From positions 32,001 through 96,000 of IMG/VR virus record IMGVR_UViG_3300027708_000030: a DNA stretch of 64,000 nucleotides; one strand, 5' to 3'. The notes beneath the pieces were generated by a model that saw only the letters and a list, made by a program, of their open reading frames with translations, was not told the DNA's origin and did not search any database. This document shows positions 34,546 through 44,183 of the stretch, piece after piece (position 1 is the stretch's first letter; every line of letters begins with the position of its first letter). Both the position numbers and the translations under genes were made by a program. The DNA is from a virus.

Positions 34546-37500
34546 TGAATTTGCACTATGGTATTGTAGAAAATAGACAAGATCCACTATCACTTGGTCG
34601 TTGTCAAGTGCGTGTAGTTGGATTGCATACGCATGATAAGTCTTTACTTCCAACTGCAGAACTCCCATGGGCGACTCCAGTTCAGCCTGTAACTTCTGCA
34701 GCAATGAATGGTATTGGTCATACTCCAATTGGACCAGTTGAAGGAACTACTGTTATTGTGGTATTTCCAGACCACGATAAACAACAACCAATTATTCTTG
34801 GAACACTTGGTGGAATTCCATCAACTCCACTACCAATCGATGCTGAAGATGGCGGATCAGTAGTAGATGAAAAAGTAGAGAGCATAACACTACGAACAAT
34901 TCCTGGACCAGTTACTGGAAAAATACTAACCTTTGCTGATACTGAAGAAGGCAGAGTTGACTTAACTCGTTCACTAAAAGCCAATATGAAAGTTATTGGT
35001 TTTGGTCTTCCAGATGGAACAACAATCGTTAGTATTAATAATGGAACTCAGATTACAATTAGTAATTCTGTTGTTAATTATGCAGAAAATATTATTACAT
35101 TCCAAGCAGCACCGACTAACTTAGAAGCAGTAAACAAAAGTAAAAATGCGAATGTGCTGACAGATAGTTCTGGTAATCCAGTTACTACTGGATTTGGTGG
35201 AGTAGTTACTACAACTCCAGACGCATCACCAAGTGTTGGTGCCACTCCATCATCGAGTGTGACTAATAATGCAATTCCAACAATACCACCAGCCAAGTCT
35301 GTAACAAATACAGCAAAAGCCACAGAAGGTATTAAAGCACTTATTGCTGCATGTGATAAAGTTGGACTTACTACCAAAGAACAGAAGTGTGCTTTGCTTG
35401 GTATTGCTGGTGGCGAAACAGGATGGATTCCTCAGTTAGAATCGTATAACTATACTCCTTCTCGTATGAAGGCAATCTATTCATTTGCCACAGAAGATGA
35501 TATTTCAAAGTATTCAAACGCATCAAAGCGTGGTCTATCCAGAGCAGAGTTTTTCTCATGGGCATATGGACCAACAAAACGTGGTAAAGGTTTTCTTGGT
35601 AATCTAACAGATGACGATGGTGGAAAGTATTTTGGTCGTGGATTTATTCAGCTGACTGGTAAAGGTAACTATCAGAAATATCAAACTCTTGCAAATAACA
35701 TGGGTTTGAATATTGATATTGTAAATAATCCAGATTCTCTTGATGACGACATTAATGTATCAGCATTGGTTGCTGCACTTTACATTAAAGATAGAGTATC
35801 GGCTAAAGTTAATGCTAATTCACACCCTGGATACTTCCAAGCAGCAAAGGCTGCAGTTGGAGTAAATTCACCAGATATTGCTGCACGTAAATTATCTTAC
35901 TATGAATATTTCTATGGCGCAGTTGGTAATAGTGGTTCAGATAAAGATGCTGCAGCACCAATTCCAGAGCCACCAGCAGATGGTTCTAAACCAACTCCTG
36001 GACCATCTGAGGATAGTAAAGCAACTGGTTCTGATGCAATTGGGTTTAGAGATCCAAACAATAAGTATCCACTAAAAGAATATATCAACGAACCAGACAC
36101 TAATCGTTTGGCACGAGGAATTATTCAAGGAACTGTTGTCAAGAAAAAAGATGCCGTAAGAAGATTAGATGTTCCTAAAGCCATTGATAATGGTTCATGG
36201 GATCAACCAGAGCCACCATACGGAGCAAAGTATCCGTACAATAAAGTATTTGAAACTGAATCTGGACATATCCAAGAATTTGATGATACTCCAGGACAAG
36301 AACGTATCCATATGTACCATCGTGCAGGGACATTCAGTGAAATTGATGCGAACGGCACACAGGTAAATTACATTGTTGGTGATAACTTTACTATCATGGA
36401 ACGTAATGGATGTATTCATGTTGCTGGTGAGTGTAACATTACTGTTGACGGTAATACAAATATCTATGCACGAACAGATGCTAATATTCAAGTAGAACAA
36501 AATGCCACTATTAAAGTTGGTAACAATTTAGATATTGGTGTTGCCAACGATACAACTATGGCTATTGGTGGTGACTTTAAAGTTAAAGTTGCTGGTGATT
36601 ATAGTATTGAGGCAGCAAATATCTATGAGAAGTCAGATGCAGTTTATAAAGTCGATGCAGCGTCTGATCTATCACTTAAAGCAGGTGCAGATTATTCTGC
36701 CGATGTTGGTGGTAGTCTTTCTATGCAATCTGCTGGTGGTTTAGATGTTCTCGGCAATACAGTAAATATTGAATCTACTGGAAGTATGAATATACTTGCT
36801 GGTGGAACTCTATCTGCAGATTATACTCAAGGACAGTTTGGTAATGGCGCAAGTGGTTCTTCCACTAATGCAGTTAGTGCGCTTGCTGCAGTTGAACTTA
36901 CTCCACCTGTTGCTGGTAAACCACTCAATCCTATTGTTCCTTACTTTATTCCACCAGAACGTGCATTTGAAGAAAGAACTACTGCTGAAACTCCAGATGA
37001 TTGGGATACACCAGAAGGTCGTGCAATCTCAAATAAAGAATCACGTGAGAATGGTGTTGCTGTTCCAGTAGTTCCAGTTGCTGAAGACTCCGCTGCACCA
37101 AGTGGTGGTGCTGCAGCTGCTGCACCTGTTGATTGTAAAGTAATTTACAATACAACAAACTTTACCAATGACTACAGACTATCCACCAACTTTACATTGG
37201 GTATGTTAATTGATGGTGGTGTGAATGGTAAACATAAACTTGTAGACCAGATGCTTCAGGATACTGCAAAGGGTCAACTAAGACAATATACTGTTCAAGA
37301 AGTTGTATGTAATCTTGCCATGGTTGCTCAGAATATTCTTGAACCATTACTTGAAATCCTTCCAGGAGGCATTGGTGGCTATAAAAAGACATGGAAGATT
37401 AACTCTGGCTATCGTCTAAAAGGTGTTGTTCCACAAGAATCTGCCACGTCAGACCATTGCAAAGGACAGGCTGTTGATATCGGTTTAGTGAATAGCACAT

Positions 37501-37736
37501 ACGATAAACTCTATAACTTTGTGGTCTCTGCAGAGAAGATTCTTCCATATGATCAGATTATTTTAGAGTATCGTTACCCTTCTTCACATTGGATGCATGT
37601 AAGTTATAAGATGGATGCTAGAAGAAAGATGGCATTTACGATGTTGAATGATAAGACTTATAAGAGAAACACAGCTGGTGTTCCACAAGGATTCTATCTT
37701 TTAGATACAATTCCACAACCAACTAGGACTGCATAA
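34545..37736 (+). CDS. gp5: baseplate spike gp5 with GH19-like and peptidase M15 domains
   Basis: OB domain (DPL.LGRCQVR..G.H, LPWA), GET..GRGFIQLTG, beta-helix repeats, SGYR..SDH..G.AVD..WMHVS. Confidence 0.88.
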   Translation: MNLHYGIVENRQDPLSLGRCQVRVVGLHTHDKSLLPTAELPWATPVQPVTSAAMNGIGHTPIGPVEGTTVIVVFPDHDKQQPIILGTLGGIPSTPLPIDAEDGGSVVDEKVESITLRTIPGPVTGKILTFADTEEGRVDLTRSLKANMKVIGFGLPDGTTIVSINNGTQITISNSVVNYAENIITFQAAPTNLEAVNKSKNANVLTDSSGNPVTTGFGGVVTTTPDASPSVGATPSSSVTNNAIPTIPPAKSVTNTAKATEGIKALIAACDKVGLTTKEQKCALLGIAGGETGWIPQLESYNYTPSRMKAIYSFATEDDISKYSNASKRGLSRAEFFSWAYGPTKRGKGFLGNLTDDDGGKYFGRGFIQLTGKGNYQKYQTLANNMGLNIDIVNNPDSLDDDINVSALVAALYIKDRVSAKVNANSHPGYFQAAKAAVGVNSPDIAARKLSYYEYFYGAVGNSGSDKDAAAPIPEPPADGSKPTPGPSEDSKATGSDAIGFRDPNNKYPLKEYINEPDTNRLARGIIQGTVVKKKDAVRRLDVPKAIDNGSWDQPEPPYGAKYPYNKVFETESGHIQEFDDTPGQERIHMYHRAGTFSEIDANGTQVNYIVGDNFTIMERNGCIHVAGECNITVDGNTNIYARTDANIQVEQNATIKVGNNLDIGVANDTTMAIGGDFKVKVAGDYSIEAANIYEKSDAVYKVDAASDLSLKAGADYSADVGGSLSMQSAGGLDVLGNTVNIESTGSMNILAGGTLSADYTQGQFGNGASGSSTNAVSALAAVELTPPVAGKPLNPIVPYFIPPERAFEERTTAETPDDWDTPEGRAISNKESRENGVAVPVVPVAEDSAAPSGGAAAAAPVDCKVIYNTTNFTNDYRLSTNFTLGMLIDGGVNGKHKLVDQMLQDTAKGQLRQYTVQEVVCNLAMVAQNILEPLLEILPGGIGGYKKTWKINSGYRLKGVVPQESATSDHCKGQAVDIGLVNSTYDKLYNFVVSAEKILPYDQIILEYRYPSSHWMHVSYKMDARRKMAFTMLNDKTYKRNTAGVPQGFYLLDTIPQPTRTA

Positions 37737-38032
37737 TGGGTGGATTTGCTAAAGAGGGAGATTTGTCGCAAGGTATAGATGGACCAGCAACTGCTCTAAC
37801 TTTTAGAAATCAAGCAGTTAAAACCTTTGTTCAGGGGATGAGAATAGCACTCGTGGGAGACCAGTATCAACCTCATACTGTTGGTAGAACGACTCATACT
37901 GGTGCTCAACGAGAAATTATAACTGGATCTGCTAAAACTTTCTTTGAGGGAAGAGCAGTTGCAAGATATGGAGATCAAATAGCAGATGGAGATCTAGTGG
38001 GTGGGAATGGCTTCAACACTTTTATAGAATAA
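37736..38032 (+). CDS. PAAR-like spike tip (gp5.4)
   Basis: Three degenerate PAAR repeats (AKEGD, ALVGD, ARYGD) with His; follows gp5. Confidence 0.75.
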   Translation: MGGFAKEGDLSQGIDGPATALTFRNQAVKTFVQGMRIALVGDQYQPHTVGRTTHTGAQREIITGSAKTFFEGRAVARYGDQIADGDLVGGNGFNTFIE

Positions 38033-38046
38033 CCTAAATAAAGAAT

Positions 38047-38439
38047 ATGGCAAGAAATACAAGAATTTTCTCAGATTTAGATTTGAATTTCACTGCTCAC
38101 CCAGTGACTAAGGACATTTCACGTAGATACGATGAAAATGCAATTAAAACTTCCCTTAAAAATCTAATTCTAACCAGAAATTTTGAGCGACCATTCCATA
38201 GTGAAATCGGCTCGCCAATCAACGCATTATTATTCGAACCACCATCACCGATGTTAAACATCACTCTCCAGAGAGCCATTGTTGATGTGGTCAATAACTT
38301 TGAACCAAGAGTAGACTTACTGGATGTTAGCGTTCTTAGCAGTCCAGATGAAAATTCATTGTATGTTACTATTACCTTTAAGATAGTAAATACACAACAA
38401 CCTCTAACTCTAGATTTAACCTTAGAGAGAACTCGATAA
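38047..38439 (+). CDS. gp25: baseplate wedge gp25
   Basis: FSDLDL.F..HP, AIK.SLKNL.LT...ERPF, NFEPRV. Confidence 0.9.
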   Translation: MARNTRIFSDLDLNFTAHPVTKDISRRYDENAIKTSLKNLILTRNFERPFHSEIGSPINALLFEPPSPMLNITLQRAIVDVVNNFEPRVDLLDVSVLSSPDENSLYVTITFKIVNTQQPLTLDLTLERTR

Positions 38440-40269
38440 ATGGAAAATAAAAAAATAAGCGTCTCTGAATTAGATTTTGACCAGATCAAATCTAATCTAA
38501 AGACATTTTTACAGGGACAAAATGAGTTTTCGGACTACGATTTTGAAGGTTCAGGTATGTCCGTGTTGTTGGATGTTCTGGCTTACAATACTCACTATCA
38601 TTCTCTTTATACAAACCTTGCTGTAAACGAAATGTTCTTGGACTCTGCTCGTAAGAGATCCAGCGTAGTTTCTTTGGCCAAGATGCTTGGTTATCTTCCA
38701 AGATCTTCTCGTGCACCAACAGCCACAGTAAACATCACAGTATCTGCTCCAACTGGTAGTCCATCTTCTTTAACATTAGCTGCAAATAGTGCATTTTCTT
38801 CTATTGTTGATGGTGTGACATATACATTTTATAATACCCAAGCAACTACAATTATTCCAAATACTTCTGGTGCTTATATCTTTCAAAATGTTTCTTTGGT
38901 TCAAGGGACTCCATTAACATATAATTATACAGTTGCTACTGGAAGTCGTTTTATTATTCCAAACGCAGATGTAGATATTTCTACACTTACAGTTCGTGTT
39001 CAAGAAACCTCAGGATCTACTGCATATACATCTTATGTGTTTGCCAATAATATCACTGAAGTTGGTCCAACCACTCGTGCTTTCTTTTTGAAAGAAATTG
39101 ACGACCAGTTATTTGAAGTATACTTTGGTGATGGGATTGTAGGGTATAAACCTGCGACTGGTAATATTGTATTGTTTAATTACTTTGTCACAGATAAAAC
39201 TTTAGCCAATGGCGCACGTGTCTTTACTTTTGATGGAACAGGTATCGGTGGTGGCACTGTTTCAGTCAACACAGTTACTGCTGCACAGGGTGGACAAGAC
39301 ATTGAAGATATCGATTCTATTCGTTTCAATGCTCCAAGAAATTACTCTGCTCAGAATCGTGCTGTTACAGCCGAAGATTATAAAGTTATTCTTCCACAAC
39401 TATTTGCAAACATCGACTCAATTAATGTCTGGGGTGGTGAGGATAATAATCCTCCAGTTTATGGTAAAGCATTCATTGCTATCAAACCACTCTCAGGTGA
39501 AACTCTTTCTAATGCTACCAAAGAACAAATTACAACTACGATTCTTAAAGGTAGAAATGTAGTATCAATTATTCCAGAAGTCGTTGATGCTCAATATCTT
39601 TATATTATTCCAACTACAACTTTATACTATAATCCTCAACAAACAAATAGATCTGAAGAACAACTTAAAACATTAGTTCGTGATACTATTGTAAATTACA
39701 ATCAAACAGATCTTAATCGCTTTGATGGAATGTTTAGATTCTCAAAACTATCTCGTTTGATTGATGCTTCTGAAGAATCTATTTTAAGTAACATTACTAC
39801 ACTCGTTCTAAAAAGATCATTCACTCCAACTTTTAATACTAGAACTTCTTATGTTATCACTATTGATAATCCAATTTATACAGAAGGTGTTCCAGAAGGT
39901 GCTGTGACATCTGATGCCTTTACTATTGAAGGATCAAGTGAAACATTCTATTTTGAAGATGATGGTGTTGGTGCTATTCGTTTGTATTACTTTGTTGGTG
40001 CAGGTACTAAGAGATACATAAACGCTAACTTAGGAACAGTAAACTATACTACTGGTGCAATAACACTAAACGATATTAATATTACATCTGCAACAAATAA
40101 TGAAATTACCATTACGATTAAACCATCGTCAAACGATGTTGTTTCAGTTAGAAGTCAGTTGGCTTTAATTGCTGAAGAACAAATTGTTGTAAATGCTGTT
40201 GTTGATAAAGTTGCCTCAGGTGAGACCTCTGGCGGATCAAATTATATCTTCACCTCAAGTCGTAGCTAA
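38440..40269 (+). CDS. gp6: baseplate wedge gp6
   Basis: LDFDQIK, DYDFEGS, LLDVLAYNT, FGDG..G, QNRAVT..DY, WGGE. Confidence 0.93.
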   Translation: MENKKISVSELDFDQIKSNLKTFLQGQNEFSDYDFEGSGMSVLLDVLAYNTHYHSLYTNLAVNEMFLDSARKRSSVVSLAKMLGYLPRSSRAPTATVNITVSAPTGSPSSLTLAANSAFSSIVDGVTYTFYNTQATTIIPNTSGAYIFQNVSLVQGTPLTYNYTVATGSRFIIPNADVDISTLTVRVQETSGSTAYTSYVFANNITEVGPTTRAFFLKEIDDQLFEVYFGDGIVGYKPATGNIVLFNYFVTDKTLANGARVFTFDGTGIGGGTVSVNTVTAAQGGQDIEDIDSIRFNAPRNYSAQNRAVTAEDYKVILPQLFANIDSINVWGGEDNNPPVYGKAFIAIKPLSGETLSNATKEQITTTILKGRNVVSIIPEVVDAQYLYIIPTTTLYYNPQQTNRSEEQLKTLVRDTIVNYNQTDLNRFDGMFRFSKLSRLIDASEESILSNITTLVLKRSFTPTFNTRTSYVITIDNPIYTEGVPEGAVTSDAFTIEGSSETFYFEDDGVGAIRLYYFVGAGTKRYINANLGTVNYTTGAITLNDINITSATNNEITITIKPSSNDVVSVRSQLALIAEEQIVVNAVVDKVASGETSGGSNYIFTSSRS

Positions 40270-40271
40270 TA

Positions 40272-42677
40272 ATGGCACTCGTAAAAACAAAAGTATCATC
40301 AGTCGTATCTAGACAAGTCCCCGAATTTATTCGTGAGGATAATGCACAGTTCATTTCATTCTTAGAAGCATACTATGAGTTTCTAGAACAAACTGAGAAA
40401 CGAGATCTCGGAAGTACTCGAGATATTGATGATACTGTTGATAGTTTTATTCAGTATTTTAGAAATGAAGTATTGTTGCATGTTCCTATTTCTGTACTAT
40501 CAGATAAACGCTATCTTGCCAAACAGATACATGAAGTTTATCGTTCCAAGGGTACAATAAAGTCTTACGAATTCTTATTCAGAATTTTATTCAATGAAAC
40601 TCCACAGCTATATTTCCCTAAAGTTGACATGCTCCGTTTGTCAGATGGTAAATGGGATCAGGCTGTTGTTATTCGTTGTACTGAAACTACTGGAAACTCT
40701 TTCAATCTTATTGGTCAGACTATTAGTCAGGGTATAACTCGTGGTAGTGTAGAATCAGTTATTAAATTTCAAATCGGTTCTGATACTATTGCTGAATTGA
40801 CACTCAATGAAAAGAGTATTGTTGGAACATTTAATACAACAGATTCAATTACAGGATTAGACAATACTACTAATACCAGTATCACACTAGATGTTTTATC
40901 AGTAATTACAAATTTTGAAATTAATAGAAATGGTTCATACTACAGAGTTGGCGATCCAATTGATTTAATTTCTGGATCTGGAACTGATGCTCAGATTGAA
41001 GTGACCAACATTGGTTACGGATCGATTGACAATATCATTATTGATTCTCCAGGATCTGGATATACCATTGGAACAGAATTAACATTTAATAATACCGATG
41101 CAGGAGATTCAGGTGATTCTCTTATAACGGCAAAAGCAATTATTACTGACATTGACGTAGATTCCATTCTTATGGAAAACGGATCTAAATTATTAAGTGA
41201 GCAAAGAGATCAATTTGACTTAGAAAATGTTACCACAGGTGGTATTAAAGCAGTTTCGCTTTTAACTGGTGGATTCTATTATAGAAAACTTCCTATTGTT
41301 TCTGCCACTGGTGGTACTGGTGCTAAACTAATTGCAACTGGTAATGGTATTGGTAGAGTTACCAGAGTTGGTATTACAAATCCAGGAGCACGATATGAGA
41401 CTGCTCCAATTGCACTGTTTCCATATAATATCGTTGTCAAAGACATAACTGGCTCATTTACAGTTGGTGATTCTATTTCGGTTCTACCACAAACAATGTC
41501 TTTAGATACAGATGTTGATAGTGAGTTGCTTCTTGAGACTGGCGATAAAATTGTTTTAGAGAGCCAGCAAAACCCGAGCGGAACTATTTACTCGTATGAT
41601 ACTGATAGAAACTTAATAACATTATATCCCACTTCAGATAGAATCGTAACTAGATTAGAAAATGATACAGGTTATTTACTATCAGAAGATGGAAAAACAT
41701 TTGTAAATGAATCTTCTGGTCAATTCGAAACATATCAGACAATAACAAATTCTGCTGGAGCGACAGCCAAAATTATTTCTGGATCTGGAAACCATGCTGA
41801 AGCCACAGGTGTTATCGGTGCTCTTAGCCGAACTCTTGGTAAGTTTATTAACGCTGATGGTAAAGTTTCTGAGTCTTCAAAGAAAATTCAAGACTCACTA
41901 TTCTATCAAGAGTATTCTTATGTTATTAAAGTTGGTCAGTCTATTGACAAGTATCGTGACGCTGTTAAGAAACTACTACATCCAATTGGTCTTGCTCTAT
42001 TCGGTGAGGTTACAGTTCAATCATTAGTTAGTTCTCCATCGAATATAACTCTACAAGTATCTGAACTGCTAAAAACTATTCGTCTATTCTTGGATATGAA
42101 GATGCGAGCAGTTGGTAATTACAGAAGAATGGGGTATGAAGATAATTCTGCCTTAGACAAAGAACAGATAACTCTGGTCATCACGGACTTTATTGCAAGC
42201 GTTCTTAGCCTTAAGACTACCACCTCTGAGTTCTTGCCAACGCTGGTATTCCCAAATCTTTCTCCTGCAGAAATTCATTTATTGGATCTTCGTGCAGAAG
42301 TCGGAGAGTCTTACAAAGTTATCTACCACAAGACATTTGGTCAAACGATACCGACTTATATTAGTTCGTTTGCCAATTTAGAATTAAGATCTAGTCCATG
42401 GGCTGGATCGACACAACTTGGACCAACTTTTGGATGGTTAGAAAGATGGAAATTTACAGTTCCACCATATGTGGCTGGAACTAAAGAATCTATAGGTGTT
42501 TATAGAGACGCATGGAGCCAGAACTATACTGGAACTGATAATTCTGGTTACTGGGATACATACGCAAACACTCAGATAAAAGACTTTGCTGATGTTATCA
42601 TCTCGGATGTTATAAATAATCCTAATAGAAGAACAAACTATAACAAAGAAGCGTATATTAACATAATTAAAACTTGA
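40272..42677 (+). CDS. gp7: baseplate wedge gp7-like
   Basis: QVPEF, FLEAYYEF, Y.SKGT..SY.FLFRILF, IQDS.FYQ.YSY, LLHP.G. Confidence 0.8.
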   Translation: MALVKTKVSSVVSRQVPEFIREDNAQFISFLEAYYEFLEQTEKRDLGSTRDIDDTVDSFIQYFRNEVLLHVPISVLSDKRYLAKQIHEVYRSKGTIKSYEFLFRILFNETPQLYFPKVDMLRLSDGKWDQAVVIRCTETTGNSFNLIGQTISQGITRGSVESVIKFQIGSDTIAELTLNEKSIVGTFNTTDSITGLDNTTNTSITLDVLSVITNFEINRNGSYYRVGDPIDLISGSGTDAQIEVTNIGYGSIDNIIIDSPGSGYTIGTELTFNNTDAGDSGDSLITAKAIITDIDVDSILMENGSKLLSEQRDQFDLENVTTGGIKAVSLLTGGFYYRKLPIVSATGGTGAKLIATGNGIGRVTRVGITNPGARYETAPIALFPYNIVVKDITGSFTVGDSISVLPQTMSLDTDVDSELLLETGDKIVLESQQNPSGTIYSYDTDRNLITLYPTSDRIVTRLENDTGYLLSEDGKTFVNESSGQFETYQTITNSAGATAKIISGSGNHAEATGVIGALSRTLGKFINADGKVSESSKKIQDSLFYQEYSYVIKVGQSIDKYRDAVKKLLHPIGLALFGEVTVQSLVSSPSNITLQVSELLKTIRLFLDMKMRAVGNYRRMGYEDNSALDKEQITLVITDFIASVLSLKTTTSEFLPTLVFPNLSPAEIHLLDLRAEVGESYKVIYHKTFGQTIPTYISSFANLELRSSPWAGSTQLGPTFGWLERWKFTVPPYVAGTKESIGVYRDAWSQNYTGTDNSGYWDTYANTQIKDFADVIISDVINNPNRRTNYNKEAYINIIKT

Positions 42678-42756
42678 TCAATCAAGTCATAAATAACAAA
42701 GAATTCTAATGGTAGTTACTGAACTACCTTGTATTAATCTATAAAAGGAAAATAAA

Positions 42757-44148
42757 ATGGCTGCAATTATAACTTCAAAATTCCGCATCCACAATGCGCA
42801 ATCTTTCAAAGAAGGTTTCTCAGAAGCTGCTGCAACTAACATGTATCTTGGTATCGGACGTCCACAATCTTGGACAAGCGATAACTCTCCAGATACTCCA
42901 AAGGACACAGTTGCTGATGAATATTACTATTGGCAAGATATGCTCGCTGTCAAGCGTGTTCAATCATCAGACGTAGCACATGCTATCCCACGTCGTGACT
43001 GGACTTCTGGTCAATATTACGACATCTATCGTCATGACTACAATGGCACTACTGCTGGTGTAAACATCTCTTCTGGTGGTGGTACAACTCCAGCAAATCT
43101 ATACGCTGCAAATTTCTTCGTTGTTACTGACGAATATAATGTCTACAAATGTTTAGACAATAGAAATACAGCAAATACAGTTATTGCTTCTACAACTAAG
43201 CCAACTGGTACTTCTACTTCAGCTATTACTACTGCTGATGGTTATGTCTGGAAATACATGTATACAATTTCTCCAGCTGATGTTATCAAGTTTGTTTCTA
43301 CAGACTTTATTCCAGTTAAGACTTTGGCATCTAATCCAGGATCCACAGATTCTTATTACAATCAGTGGTTAGTTCAAGCAGCTGCAGTTGATGGTTCTAT
43401 TAACAGTGTTTTAGTGACAGCTGCAGGTACTGGTTACCTATCAACTCCAACTGTTACTATCAATGGTGACGGTACTGGTGCGACTGCCACAGCAGTTAGA
43501 GATGCAGGTAGCAATACTATTACTGCAATTAACATTACCAATGCAGGTACAGGTTACACATACGCAACTGTTGCTATTTCTGGTGGTAGCGGTTCTTCTG
43601 CTACTGCAACTGCTTTCATTACACCAAAAGGTGGTCATGGTTACGACCCAGTTGAAGAACTCGGTGGCTACTATGTAATGATGAACGTGCGTTTAGAGTA
43701 TGATGACGGATCTGGTGACTTCCCAATTGATAACGATTATCGTCGTATCATGTTAATTCGTGACCCATACAACTACGGAACAACAACTGTTTCTACTTCT
43801 ACTACTTTGAAAGCAACTAAAGAGTTGACTTTCTCTAGCGGTACTGGTACATTCCAACAAGACGAAACTATCACTGGTGGAACATCTGGTGCAGTTGGTC
43901 GTATTGTTTCTGTCAGTGGCACAACAATTCGTTACATCCAACTACGCACTGATAATGCTACTGGTGCAACATTCTCGACTAGCGAAACTATTACAGGTGG
44001 GACATCTTCTGCGACAGGTACTGTTGCAACTAAGACTAATCCTGAAGTTCAACCATACAGCGGTGATGTGATCTACGTTGAAAATCGTCGCCCAATTAAT
44101 CGTGCAAGCGACCAGATTGAAGATATTAAAATCATCGTAGAGATGTAA
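42757..44148 (+). CDS. gp8: baseplate wedge gp8
   Basis: AIIT.KFR, YKCLDN, DGYVWKY.YTI, YSGDVIY.ENR.PI.R..DQ.EDIKII. Confidence 0.88.
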   Translation: MAAIITSKFRIHNAQSFKEGFSEAAATNMYLGIGRPQSWTSDNSPDTPKDTVADEYYYWQDMLAVKRVQSSDVAHAIPRRDWTSGQYYDIYRHDYNGTTAGVNISSGGGTTPANLYAANFFVVTDEYNVYKCLDNRNTANTVIASTTKPTGTSTSAITTADGYVWKYMYTISPADVIKFVSTDFIPVKTLASNPGSTDSYYNQWLVQAAAVDGSINSVLVTAAGTGYLSTPTVTINGDGTGATATAVRDAGSNTITAINITNAGTGYTYATVAISGGSGSSATATAFITPKGGHGYDPVEELGGYYVMMNVRLEYDDGSGDFPIDNDYRRIMLIRDPYNYGTTTVSTSTTLKATKELTFSSGTGTFQQDETITGGTSGAVGRIVSVSGTTIRYIQLRTDNATGATFSTSETITGGTSSATGTVATKTNPEVQPYSGDVIYVENRRPINRASDQIEDIKIIVEM

Positions 44149-44183
44149 ATAAATAATAAGTAAAGTTTAATAGAGAAACTATA

